DNA of 63,998 nt, counting the filler, from Perkinsus olseni (taxonomy: Eukaryota): assembly GCA_013115125.1 (NCBI GenBank). It is 3 parts of 3 records of this genome, joined end to end, with 100 filler letters (N's around TTAATTAATTAA, not from the genome) between each part and the next. Parts side by side here need not be neighbours in the genome. Positions count along the whole stretch, not along the records: positions 1 to 23,109 come from JABANN010000525.1; positions 23,210 to 46,149 come from JABANN010000527.1; 1 more part is not named here. One strand, written 5' to 3'. The notes under the pieces were generated by a model, which was not told where the DNA came from, did not search any database, and was given only the letters and a program-made list of their open reading frames with translations. Positions within the stretch are counted from its first letter, which is position 1. Each line of letters opens with the position of its first letter. Shown here piece by piece: positions 13,301-26,333 of the stretch. The translations under genes were made by a program, and so were the position numbers.

Positions 13301-16300
13301 TAGCTGCTGCCATGCCTCTATATCATCCCCTAGCTCGTTAAATAGCGCCGAAGGCTCTGCTCGCCACAGGGCCTCGTACTTCTGCCAATCGTAGACATAC
13401 TTAGCCATACGACAGACGGTCGAATCAATAGCCTCGTAGGCCTGGCTTAGTACTTGGTCATTCGGGTAGTTGCTTACCAAGTCCATGAAAGAGGACGAAA
13501 CGCCTCGCTCGTTCTCATTAGCGCCATCCTTGCCAGATGTCGTCACATTATCATAGCGACCATGCCGTATCCTAGGGAAATGGCATAGCTTGGCCAAAAG
13601 GACCGAGAGCCTCTTCATGAGCCCCGCCCTTGCTTCCTCAATACTCGGTTTGAGGACTAGACGAGTACTCGGGCCGTCTTGAAGCATGAGTAGTTCGTGA
13701 ATGGTGATGCTGTCCTCTGGTATAACTCTAGTACCATTGCGAGGCCAGTCATTGAACTCGTCAACCCATATACCAACGACCGCTGATAACTCCATGTGAA
13801 GTCTAGCCTCCAGTCTAGCATTCAAGTCAGATACGTAGGCACGAAGATTAGAGCATCCAGCCAAGTTAAGATCATCAACTATCTTCTGTACTTTACCAAA
13901 GATAGCCAGCACCTGATCTACGAAGCTATTGGTGGACCCCTGCCCTTGCTGTTGCTGATCGATAGTTCCAGCAGAAATGAAGGTAGATTTGTGTGTCTGT
14001 AAGAAATCACCAGAGTTAGCCTGATATAGTGGGCCATCTATCATATGAAGACAAGGTAGTTGATCATCCAGTAGATCTTCGATACGATTAACCATACGAA
14101 GAACCTCAGTCCAACGATCTTGGAAGGGGAATACCAAGTCACTTAGCTCCGCTGTATATGAGTATACGCCCTCAATGTCATCCCAGCCCACATCACAAGC
14201 TGAAGCCAAAGCCTCTTGAACCTTAGCATGATATGATGCGAGTAGTGACGATACTTGAGGTTGCTGAGAGAGTCTATTTCCTAGGGACATGTAGGTCTCA
14301 GCACACTCGCGTAGGGTAACCGATAGGGGATAGATCTTCCTTATCTCTTCACCTTTGACTTTAACAGCGAATGGTATCTGGAAGTGTAGGCTCTCCAAGT
14401 AACCAAGCTCTTGACACAAATCGAGGATATCAGGATCGAAATTCATCTTGAGAGCTAGATTGCCATTTCTAGCTCTGTGGACGGCCAATACTCGAGCGCC
14501 CCAATCTATAGATACCCCTCGAGCATTCTTTACCCAAGCTTCGAATAGACGGCTCGTATCTAGCTTTTTAGCGAAGAAATCACACTCCTCCTTGATTCTT
14601 TGCCCATCGATATGCTTATCCCAGGTTGGTCCCAATACTGATGCCACTTGATTGATGAGGGTAGTAAGCCTTCGACTGATCTGTCTAGCCCACATAATCT
14701 TAGCACTTAATGATGGTATCCCTCTCTGTAAGAGCATCGTCTCGGTGCCAGATCCCTCAAAGCCCTTCTTGAAGGCCTCCTGTAGATCGAATATATCGAC
14801 TTTCACTTTACTCAGCAGAGCATTCTGATACTCTAAGACTGCACTCCTGATACGCAGCCTAAAGAAGAGTGGGTTGAACTTTGAAAATGCGTGGAACATG
14901 TCCTTTGTCGTAGCGGCATTGCCAAGAGTATCCCTCATATTGGATATAATCAGGCTTTCAGCTCTAGTAATGAGATCAGCATACTCCTGCTTGGCCCGGT
15001 CCCAAGCATCAGTCCCAGTTGGTGTGGTATCCACAACATCTACTGCTAATACCTTATCATAAGCTGCCACTACTGCATTCCTAGTAGCGGTCGCTGCAGC
15101 AGTGGCGTTGCTGGTGGCTGATGCACTCCCCTGCCTCGACACTTGCGTAAATACCTTATCCAGAGTCTGGACAAACTGCTCATGCTGCTTGCGGAATTGT
15201 CTAAGTTCACTTATACGATCCTGTAGTGGCTCATGAGCAAACCTCATCTTGGCTGGTACCCTCTCGGCCGACTGACCACTGCGATGCTTGAGCTCATCAC
15301 GCAGCTGTTGCTTAAACTGTCTGGCTGAATCAGCCCACTGAGCACAGAGCTCCCTGCATGATCCAGTTAACAGTTCAAACTCGGCATAAGGTAACTGCAT
15401 AATAGTAGAGTCTCCCTTGGGATGCAATACTTTGTTTAATTGCACTAGTAGATCTCTCGATACATCCTCCATAAGTACAGCTGCCCTATAGACGGGATAT
15501 CGCCTAGCCTTCCGCAACGTTCGTCGAATATGATTAAATAAACCAGTGACAGCATGTGATATTCCTTCAATAGTTGTTGCGTTGAGCAGGGCATGTATGG
15601 GTAAATCTCTCAGTAGCAACAGACTGGATTGGGCGAGCTCCAGATTGTCTGGCAGCTCTACATGGGCTTCAAAGGAGACTGTAGACAGGAACCTTCGACC
15701 AATTCTCAACGCCTCCAGTGCGAATTGAACCTGAACCGCCATGATGCAGTCCCGGGCACTTGTTGTTACCCATTACCATTGGATCTTCCAGCTGCTGTCT
15801 AACACTGAGTAAGGTTGCTTCAACAGCTATGAAGAACTTGACCTCCATAACAGCAACAGAGCCAGTATCACTGAGTTTGCCACCGGCGGGAGAGGTGAGT
15901 CTATCATGCTGGAGCTTGATGACTCTACCGATGTCAGATATCCACTTGTTAACCTTGACGAAATCACTCGTACTCGGTGACTGTCTTTATATCCGGAATC
16001 CTACCGAGCTCTGAACAGCATCTAGAAATGCTGGGTCTCTCAGCTCCTCATCTGGAAGATGTTCCTTGGCTGATACTGGGCTAGAGGGATGCTCACGCTT
16101 CAACTTCGAGTACCTACAGCGAGCCAGTTCTAGCGGGTCCTCGAGCAGTCCGGCTGATTCGTCACTACACTTTCACCACGAAGGGATCCACTGTCAGGCT
16201 GGTGGCCAGTACGGCTTCATCCTTGCACCCATCCATTAGGGATAATTGCATCCAACTGTCATCATCACACCGCAACGTAGCCTTGCTCCTGGCACATTTT

Positions 16301-16553
16301 GTCCATACCCGCCCGAGACCTCGAATGGAAGCGTAATACATCCAGGGTCCTGGGATCTCAGCCATGGCGTAGACATCGCGCACCATGGCCCGATTGATAT
16401 AATACTCAGCTACTCAACAAAGCTCAAGAGAGACCTTGAGTGGGCGGGGACATCGATCATGAAAGCGCAGTGAGAGCTCATCGATCAAACCTCCTCAAAC
16501 CATCCTATTCCGCCCCCAGATGTTTGAATAGCAACTGGAGCAACACGACGCAT
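1328..16553 (-). CDS. DYNC1H1: Cytoplasmic dynein 1 heavy chain, multi-exon
   Basis: Tail and linker exons are present. P-loops: AAA1 [15 protein letters not shown] (cytoplasmic-type signature), AAA2 GPVGSGKS, AAA3 [11 protein letters not shown]4 GASGVGKT. Stalk coiled coil and MTBD at ~5000-6100, then AAA5/AAA6 exons ([42 protein letters not shown]). The start ATG at 16553 is tentative. Confidence 0.95.
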
Positions 16554-16934
16554 GGTGGCGGCAGACGTTTCGCTCTTGCCAACCTCGTTAATTCTTCCTA
16601 AAACGAGAACTTTCGGGATGGGATTTGAGATATTCAGAAGGCTGAAACATCTGGAGTATAACTAAGTGTCAAGTTGACCGATTAGCCTGTCAACTGGCTT
16701 GAGGAGGTAGGGTCGAGGTAGGCTTCCCCTCGGGGGAAGTGTCAAAGTCGAGGCGGAGCGAAGCAACTCATGAAATGCATTTTCGTCGAAGCGACTTCTG
16801 CCGACTTCGTCACCTGCGCTTGGGCTGCTCACTCATGAATGAGACGTCATACGTTTGCCTTGTTTCTCCCTAGGATTGCTATTCTGTCTGTAGTTGATTT
16901 TGTGGCTTCATCTGCGGCTTCTACTGCCAACACG

Positions 16935-18355
16935 ATGATAGACTGGGAGCTCATCCGTTATGCAACCAATACGGATAATAAGCCTACTCCTGGTTATGCC
17001 TTCAATGATCTAATCACCAATATCAGAGAGAATCCACAAGGCGTCCCTGATGTCGCTGCTTACTTGGCTGAATGTGTGGCTGGTGAACATGCACACGTTA
17101 AATTGAAGGCTTTACTATGCATGAAGCATCTGGCGAATAGAGTACCTCCCTTCCGTATACAATTAAGATCTTATGCTGCAGTGATAGAGCAGGCTACTCA
17201 GTTTACAGGGCCTCCTAGCCCCACGTATGGTGATGAACCATATCGTCTAGTTCGGGATACTGCTACTGCTGTTTGGGACATCACCTTCAATCAGGTAGGG
17301 CATACACCTCCTTCATCTCTGGTACCGGCTTCCTCAGGGTGATGATATCGATAATGCAACACAATCCTTGCAAAAGAGGATTCAAGGATTCGGATCAGCT
17401 CCAACCACTGGCAATGCCAACGGGCCATCAGTAGCTAGTACAGCCATCCATGGTGCAGCAGATTATGTTGGTGATGCCATTTATGTAGTACTTTGGGAGC
17501 GGCTTCGCCGGACTTGACTGTTCGCTCGATTTCTCACCCACTACTTTCGTGATGTGCCCATCCTCCCCTTAGCCCGTCGTGGTCGAGCCTCATCACTGCT
17601 TTCCATGTTCAGGATGTCGTGCTCGACTACCGGGAGAAGGGAGCAGTTGGCACGTTACGTGATGCAACCCTTGATGCCGCTGATTTGGTAGCAGATGGTT
17701 TGGAAACAGCAGCTGGATGGATGCGAGACATGTTGGCCGGTAGTGCTGCTCCACCGCCTCCTCCTCCCCCTCCTGCCACTGGTGGAGGGGCCAACATAAC
17801 ACTGCCTCCGAACATGGCTATCTGTGACCAGCCTATAACGTCGACTGGTGGATTCTTGGAGCAATACAGACAGCAGAACGGTAGCCAGTTTGCGTCGGTC
17901 TTGGAACGTGGTGGGGAGGCCGACGGTGATTCGTCCTCTTCTAGTAGTGGCGGTGAGGGCGCGAAGGTATTGGGGCCTGGTATCGATATAATAGTTGATG
18001 GGCAGGGAGCTGCCACGATCATATCAGTTGATCGCACTCTGAATCCTCCACTCATTGTTGTAAGATTGGCCAAGGATGGTTCTAGAGTGGTAGTAGACGA
18101 GGATAAGTGTCATATCCATATAGCTGACCATACGCCATCAGCAGAGGACGGCAAGGGGGAGAATGTTGCCACAGCCCACACTGAGGACTTACTTGATGTC
18201 GGTGCCGAGGATAAGACCAATGACAGTGGTGCTGTTGATATCGGTGATGGCTTCAAGGCAGTTCCTATGGTAGGGTCTACTCCTGCCAGTAAGATATCCG
18301 ACAAGGCTGCTGATACCACTAGCGGTGAGGATGAAGGGGATACACCCGCGGCTAG

Positions 18356-18397
<42 letters not shown>

Positions 18398-18509
18398 TAC
18401 GGTTGTTACTACTCCTAGTAATGATCTTCTAGGGCTACAGGATAGCCATGAATTATTCCACGATCCTGCTCTCAACACATCTCTAAAGAAGGCAGGGGTT
18501 AACATTTAA
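16935..18509 (+). CDS. Tepsin-like ENTH/VHS-domain protein (AP-4 accessory)
   Basis: ATNTDNKPTPGYAFNDL...HVKLKALLCMKHLA matches the tepsin ENTH motif AT.D..P.PGY...KLK.L. It has two GT-AG introns and a disordered C-terminus. Confidence 0.75.
18357..18395 (+). repeat. (GCT)n microsatellite encoding poly-Ala
   Basis: About 13 consecutive GCT units inside the tepsin-like last exon. Confidence 0.9.
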
Positions 18510-18658
18510 AGGACCATTCACCGACCATACTCCCCGTAATATACTACCACTAATACTACAACAGTAACGTTTCTCCACTTCTAAAAGCCCTTCGTTGTGT
18601 CTAGTAGACTAAGACTATGATGTACCCATGCCGGTGATTCTTTCTCCTTATCATCACC

Positions 18659-21600
18659 ATGTCTGGGGCAGCTGTATTCAAACGTCTCCCACTGGCGGCG
18701 AAGGGAGTACAGGTTTATCAGGTACTCACCACTGATAATGCGCGTATCAATGATTGTCATTATTCTCCAGGTTTCGTCGGCAACCTATCGTGCTGGTGCT
18801 GCCTTGGGTATGGATCTATCTGTGACGAAGAAGCCCCTCAATCAGGCATTGGATGCCGCTATACATAAGCCACAGTTTTTAGAGGTTGACACTTTGAAAG
18901 GTGATAATATCAGTATAGTGGAGTGTCAACATACTACCAGCAACGGCACCCCGTCGTATACAATGAACGGGCAGTCCTATTGCCTCGTTCATGCGTAGAG
19001 GGGGTTGCTGTTGGTGTTCGCTGTTACCGGCGGTATCGTCTTCTTGTGACAGGAATCCCCGTGGACACGTCCCTGAGCCAGAGCTCACTCGTCGATCCCT
19101 ACCTTTCTCGGTACATCGCCGACTTGAATACCGTATATTTTGCTGATGCTAAGAAGTGATGGTATGAGATGATGGTGAAGATGGTTTCCCAGTAGATGAT
19201 AGTTACTACTCCTATCACCCAGTCGATGTGTCTTTGGTTAGTAACTGTTGAATGGCCGGTCAGGCAGGGATGCATCCAGCGTAGTCTGAACTGAATCTCT
19301 CATCTTCGCATCACTGTGGCACCCGAATGATTCAATCGCTCGTAGTTGCTGTTGCTGTGTGGGCCGCAGTATAGGTAGAATGCCATCGGCTGCTTCTAGA
19401 GGGGTGGGTGGAGCTAAGGAGACGAACCCTCTACTGAAGGATCTCCCTAAGGATACGGCAAAGACTTGGGAAATCGATATTGTACTAGTCACAGTAATGC
19501 AGAGGTTCATGAGCTGCCGTGATGTTAGGTGGAGTGTCTGGAGAAGCTCAAGGTAGAGCTGTTCGACGATGACGACAATGAGGAAGGTATTAGGTTGAGG
19601 GAAGTGTCGATTCATAGTCAGTTCCCTGATTAGAGGGAAATGAAAACTCACACCCCATCAACTTCGCCCAAGCTGCCATTGGCCTGTATCATAGCGCTAC
19701 TGTGTATGCGAGGAAGGTAAGAAGCAAGGGGCAGATGATTCAGCGGTGAGTTGTTAGTTGTTATCATCAGATTGATAGTCTGTATCTCAAAATGTATGAG
19801 ACGATGGAACTGCTTGGTCGCGGAGTTGGGCAGAAAGAGCGGAGGAAGAATGCCAGGGAGGCCCGGAAAATTCGTACGTTCGCTGCGGCTGTATATACCA
19901 CCAGTGTTGTTGTTGTTCTGGCCGGCGAAGTATTATTGATTCCGTCATCTGGTCACCGGAACTGATACCGCTTACTTACATTCAGGAAAAAAGTTGGGTA
20001 TCTTCGATGATGGTGATGGGTGTGAACTGCTGGACTCTAAGATCACCCGAGCGCCTGAAAGCCAACTAAATATCTTGAAGGCTGCTGGTGGTGGTGGTCA
20101 CAAGATATCGACAAACCGCAGCTTTGTACATCGAGTACCGCTTTTCTTGGTGGGACAACTTCGACCCAAAGACACGATCAGATGGTGCCATCCCAGGTAC
20201 CGCGAGAAGAAGGCGATCGCAAAAGGCCAGAGTACAAGGTCAGCTCCTGTACTATGCTGGCTATGATATCACGCTGGTAGCAGCCCCATCTGCCATAAGG
20301 TACGGTGAATCCCTACAACATGGCCGTGCTCTTGCCGGATTTAGAAGGCAGATGTTATACTAATCAAGAGGAGTATTGCCTACTACAGGAGAGCTCCGGT
20401 AAGGTTCACCAACAGCTACCTCTCATACCCCATGCATACTCAGGGAATCCTCATGATGGAGCTGAAGATGCAGCACCTCTACCACCACCTCCGACCCAGA
20501 ACATTATCGAGGATCCAGGTGTGGCCCCTTCTGTTGTGGATGATAGCCCGGAGGCAGATGACGGAGGAGCACAGGAGGACCATTCCCTCATTGTGGACTC
20601 AATTCACGTTGGTTGGCCTCTGTTCAGCATTGGGTTAGTTATCGCCCCTATACCAGGACGACGCATCCCTTCCTGATCATGATGAATATGACACTGCTAG
20701 GAATGATGCGGACATGGCGCCAGCCGAGGTTGACGAGACGGCGGGAGCTGCTCCTGGTGCTGCCGATGCTGATACTACTGCCCTTGATTGTGAGTACTCC
20801 TTCTTGATTCATCATATTGTCTTATGTTATCAGCATCCGCCAATCCAACAGCGCAGGGTGATTTCAGTGTAGCGAATGGGAACTCCACGGCAGTAGAGGA
20901 AGACGACGATGATGACGACGAGGTACGTTACTGGCGACCCGAATGGACTTCCCGCATTTGTCTTTCAGGGGCAGTGGACTCTTCTAGACCCTTTTGTGAA
21001 CCCTGGGAACAAGCCACAGAAGTAACCCTCGCAACCTACTGCCGGGATTGTTGGCACCCTCCTTTCCGTTTTTGGTGGTAGGGCCATGAAGATCGGCCGA
21101 GTTGGCAAACCTACTCCCGTCAAGACACATACTGTACACAGCATTAAACTGTCAACTGGACGTAAGAGGTCTTTCTTTCCTCGTCACGGTACTGTAATGA
21201 TGTTAGGAAGGGCGGCCATGAACTTGGACATTGCGGAAGATTCAATCCTACCTACCACTACTGAGAAGCCAGCTTTGGTTTGGCAGACCATGGGAGAATA
21301 CCCTGAAGCCAGTAGTATAGAGAATAAGCTCGCACAACAGGCAATAAAAAAGGCATGGATGCCATCGGTAGCATACATCACTTGAAGGCAGGTATCGAAA
21401 CATCGTAAAGAGTCCAGAAAGGTTGTAAGGCAGTGGAATGAGCGAGCATCCATACAGCGCCTCGAGGCTCTCCATTTACTCAAGGCTACTCGGAATGTGA
21501 GGGCCTTTCGATGGCGGAGCTCTCCGAAAGTAGACTCTCTATCATTAGGTGGTCACAGAAGCAGAAAGGAGAGAGGAGAAGCCACCGCCCAGAATGGATG

Positions 21601-23107
21601 AAGGAGGGGAGTCATCTGGTAGGACAGTGTTCATCTTTGGCGGGAGATGTGGTACTCCATTCAGACTCCGATGATGCTAACGAGGATCAGCTGCATGTAG
21701 CAGATCGGCGAAGCGTGGTCTCTGCCCGTTCGGTGGGAATCGTGTCTCCGTCCAGTCCTCATTGAATATTCCATCTCTATCAGCCGGGGCTCAGCCCAGC
21801 CCCTCACGGAGGGGATCCCTCCAGACTGTCACTGGGTAGCATCGACGCTAATAATACTAGTGCTGAGTATTCGGCAATGCTTCCTGTAAGGAGAGGGGAT
21901 GAAGGAGGCGATCCAGTACTAGGAACTGGTAACACTATGAACGAGAGGGGATACTGTTCTCTTAGCCATTAGTATCAGGGTCGGCAGCCCGGGCTGATAT
22001 TGCTAAGGAAGCTCAGTTCAGGGACTTGCTCAGACGACAGGAAGAATATGCTAGCGTATGCCACGGTTATGGGTTCCGATGAAGATAATGAATGCGCATG
22101 TCACTGTCTTTAGATCATCCAGAAATACTTATTGAAGGAGTTCCAGGCAGGGAATGATGGCGCTGATGGGCCCAACAGCCCCGGTGAAGCGTGAGATAAA
22201 TGCTTATCTTGTTAGAACACTGTGATCATGCTGGCTATGTTTCTCAGTCGCACGGGCGTAGATCTCCTGAATCGTGATTTGGAACGCAATGCCCAGAATA
22301 TCTACGCCAAGGTTCGCAAATGGCAAGACCAGGTGAGATGTAGCCAAGTGAGAATTGGCGTATGAGTTGGTATGGTAGTGGTCAGGTGGAGCCCCTCCTC
22401 GAGGAGCAGGATAATAGACCCCCCTTTACTCTAGAGTCCTATACTAAGTAATTGGACGTTGTGGGAGGTGTGCTGAGTGATTCATTCAGGGATGTTATTG
22501 AGAAGGTGAAAACATCGAATGAGAGGATTGCGGAGAGCCAGGCGGTATGATAGACGGCGCTACTAATGGCAGCCTTAGTGATAGTTACACTTTTCTTACC
22601 AGGTATCGAGAACGCAGCGACCACGACAAGACGATGAGGATACTCCCATGCTTGGTGATGACGATGATGATGATTCCCCTCCACCAACAACTCTGGATGA
22701 TATTCTACAAGGAGAGCCTGCCTGGAATGTTGGGAGGTACTCATATACCGCACCGTGTACCGATATCACTCAACTTCCTCATCTAGGTTATTCTTATCAG
22801 CTTTGATTCTCACTAATAATGGTAATATGGATATATTCGATAACCCTGGAAATAGTGTAGGCTAAGAGTACACCCCTCCACATGTTCAATCTCCTTGCTG
22901 CAGGCCGAATCTCCTGGAAGCCCTGGTACCGATGAAGATGGTGCAGCCTCGGCTGTGCCTAACGACACCCAAGAGGATGCCGATGCTAGTCAACTAAGCG
23001 TACAGGAGCGAAGAAGGAAGAAGAGAGACAGGAAGAAGTACAGACCGTGCATTTTCGATAAGCAAAACAGAAATTTTATCAGTTCTTCGCTATTAATCTA
23101 CGTATGA
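18659..23107 (+). CDS. NCAPH2: Condensin II kleisin subunit CAP-H2, multi-exon
   Basis: Exon NFAQAAIGLYHSATVYARK (~19660-19716) matches the CNDH2_N motif NF.EAAL..Q.SA.VYS.K. KVRKWQDQ/VEPLLEEQDNRPPFTLESY and VCR/LFLSALILTNNGNMDI match CNDH2_C. Gene ends are approximate. Confidence 0.8.
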
Positions 23108-23109
23108 AT

Positions 23110-23209
23110 NNNNNNNNNNNNNNNNNNNNNNNNNNNNNNNNNNNNNNNNNNNNTTAATTAATTAANNNNNNNNNNNNNNNNNNNNNNNNNNNNNNNNNNN
23201 NNNNNNNNN
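23110..23209. other. Assembly gap with artificial TTAATTAATTAA six-frame stop linker
   Basis: N-run, linker at 23154-23165, N-run. Confidence 0.97.
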
Positions 23210-23927
23210 AAGATAGGATCGGCAATAAAACCATCATAACTGCGCGGAGAGGACTCTTTGTTGGAGATGGATTCTTCGAACAGGGACAGTGCCCCTGGGA
23301 CACTACCTTTCAGAGGTCTATTCGGCGGGTGAGGCCGCTATACTGTTAACCATTAGGGAACTCAAGTCAATGGTTTAGTGGAATTCTGAGATTCTGTCTT
23401 CGCACCTGAACTACAGTAATAGGATCATCAACTAGCGTCGGCTAAGCTTAGGTTCCAGAGTTGTGCACTCGCACAACTACATATACCCAGAAACAAGGGC
23501 CGGAATGGACCCCATCTCCACGTCAGGGGACCCTACTCACTGCGCCACGAACTTTTGTCTGGAAAAAATCCCTTCCACCCAGTATTAACAACGCGAGATT
23601 ACTCGACAAGAGAGTTATCTGAAGCTGTCCGAGTTAACCCATCAAAGCTCGAAGCAGAGTCTGCTGCGCGGACAAGAAGGCTCCGAGATAAGGTGCTTGG
23701 TTTCGTTTGCCATCAGCAAGCTCCTGAGGTCCAGCATCGAATGGTCAAGAAGTATCGAATCGGATGGAAAAAGTTTCATGGTATATTATACCAGGAAATT
23801 ATGGTATACCAGGTATAATAAGGGAAGGCGTATGAGAGATGAAGTTTACGGACATCTGAGTCGGGAATCATCATCCGAGCGGACTCCCGAGACGTCCTCG
23901 TGCTTCCCAGCGGCTGAGGTAGCCGGG

Positions 23928-24070
23928 CTAGCGAGGTAAGCCACTGGAATCGTCGGGTATAGCTATAAGGGGGTACTTATAGATCCTGTAACAATTAAAA
24001 CCGAGCAGCATAGTGAACATGTCATTCAATGGATCGTGCGGATTCTCTCCCAGTCCTCGAGTTCGTCGTT
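23928..24070 (-). pseudogene. 3' fragment (copy C) of the tandem secreted-protein family
   Basis: Reads ELEDWERIR / HDPLNDMFTMLLGFNCYRIYKYP with a frameshift. It is homologous to the C-terminus of 27785-28198 and the 5' part is absent. Confidence 0.7.
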
Positions 24071-24722
24071 TGAGAACCACAATTTGTTTCTCAAACGAAT
24101 AACAATTCCACTAAGTGGAATTGGTTTCTATGGCATGCCAGTAGAAACTTCCTCATGGTACGCTAGTCTAGGGCACACCAGCATTCCTAGCACCGGTGCT
24201 CACCGTCGTGCGAGGTTAATCTTACTACAGAGAGGATAGAACTTCAACTTGTTCATATTGATATATATAGGTTCTCGATAGGATCCTTCCCACATTGGCA
24301 CAGCCATTGTGGCGCAATGGCAGTGACGTAGTGGCGCAATGTCGTCACTACTTCACTGAAACAGTGCACCGTATACCCCGAAAAGATCCATTGAAGTAGT
24401 CTCCAGGACTGACCCGTGGACCACGGGCCGTGGTTAACAACGCGAGAATACTCGGCTGTAGTGCGATTTCAACCCATCCCAGCTGGCGACAGGGAAGGAG
24501 GCTCCGAGATACACTGCAGCAATCGATCAGCAACCTGCAAGCTCCTGACGTCATCGCTCAACATCGAATGGTCAAGAAGCATCGAATCAAAGTTAAAAGG
24601 TTATTGAATCATAGCGGAAAGCGTACGAGAGATTGAGTTGACCGAAATCTGATTTGGGAATCGTCATCCTGGTGGACTCTAAAGGCTTCCCCCTGCCTTC
24701 TAGTGGTTAACGTGACAAGCCG

Positions 24723-25161
24723 CTAGAAGTGGCGAACGGGAAGGGCCAAAGAGCGTAGCAACCAACACGATTCAGCATAACAAATATGTCAGAAGAGTCA
24801 TCGTGGCGGATTCTCTCCCAGTCCACGTAATCGAGGTCGAATGTGCTCGCGAAGGCGATGAAGTTCTCATCTGATGTATCTAGACTAGATAATCTAGTTT
24901 CATCGTATACTCATTAGCGTCTACATCATATGGAATGTCACCCGTGACGTACCAGTCGATGTACGGGAATTCTTTGGTGGTACATGCAGCAGTGATGTTT
25001 ACAGTTCCTGCAGGGTGGGGTCGACCGGGTGTAGCGGAAGGGCTGAACTTCCATGTAGTCTCGAAGCTGTCATCGCCAGAACTGAAATACACCTTGCTTG
25101 GAGGGAAGGCGGCCTCCGGGTATGTGAAGACGATTATCAGCAGGGTGAGGAGGTGAGACGT
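24723..25161 (-). pseudogene. Copy B of the tandem secreted-protein family, frameshifted
   Basis: Clear paralog of 27785-28198 (AFPPSKVYFSSGDDSFETTW...WYVTGDIPYDVDA). The aligned start codon is ACG, and a 14-nt insertion at 24881-24894 shifts the frame. Confidence 0.8.
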
Positions 25162-26333
25162 ACGGAGTGATGCACTGCAGAACCAGGCAAATGAGGCCAT
25201 GAGCGTAAGTATCCCAACGCGACTCAGCATGAGGCGCCGAGCACGCATACACGATGAAGAAGATGCATGCGGGTCACCGGAACTCGATTTCCGGTGCCAG
25301 AAGTCCTCATTCCGATACTCCTGGGTCTAGGGAGTTTTTACGCATTTTTCCTAGCAAGCAAATTCCGGCTCAACTCGGAATGTGATGCACCGACCACTGC
25401 AGTCTCGCGATTGAAGACCTGCTGTCTTGGATCATCCGACGACATGATGTTCTCTTTATGCCTAGAAGGCACTTCCTACGAAGGGGACAGTGGGCTCGAG
25501 GAATTGATCGGCTCATGCTGGGTCTGGACTCTGGAGGCTCAACTCCTTGAGGGGCCGAGTATCTTCGCCACTCGACGGTTGCAAGGTGCGTTACTCTTGG
25601 AACAATTTTCTGACTGAGTAGTGCCACACAGCGACTATTGATACGCGGCACGTGTGAACCTTTGTGGGTGCAGTGTCCCGCAGATGCTGTCTCCGGCCAA
25701 AGGAGCTGCTGGGAACATGTGGCGTGCGGGAACTCGGAGATCGGCAGCTTCAAAGGTCTCCTAGGATGCTGTTACCAGTCATGGCAAACCCAAGTACTTA
25801 AGACTTCTCAAGAGACTATAATTAAGAGTACATCATCATTAATAAATGGGAATCGCTAGGCTAAGATATGGGGACTGATATCTTGTGTGCTGAGTGGTCA
25901 GGGACACTGGCCACCAGTCACACAACAGATGCCATTCACGTTGACTCAATATGAATACGCGGATACTCGAACCGCTCTACTTGCAATTCGCAAGTTGCAA
26001 ACGACACCAGCCCTTCAGTTCGCGCGTTTGGGTCACCGAAGTAATCCCAGTAGCCGCGTCGCACGTCCTCATAGATCTCATACGCTTACGACTCGTAAGT
26101 TACGAGGACCGCAGGCTATGTTCTAGGTTATGATCACCGGAGAAAGATTTGACCGAACTCTGTGAGTGGAAATTTCACCCATTAAATGTGACATATAGTA
26201 TCCCCGTTCTATTTCTCATGTCACAGGGTAGGCCATGCCCGGTTTGAGGATAATCTTTCTTTCCTCAGAGGAGACAGAGGAGCCTCCTCTGGCTTCGACA
26301 CGTTTAATAATATCTCCACGAGAGATACTACGG

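Noticed and set aside
2880-16014. Many plus-strand ORFs within the dynein locus
   Set aside because: They are antisense shadows of long dynein exons with no recognisable motifs.
23154-23165. TTAATTAATTAA inside N-runs (also 46194-46205) as a biological motif
   Set aside because: It is an artificial six-frame stop linker, so adjacency across the gaps is not proven.
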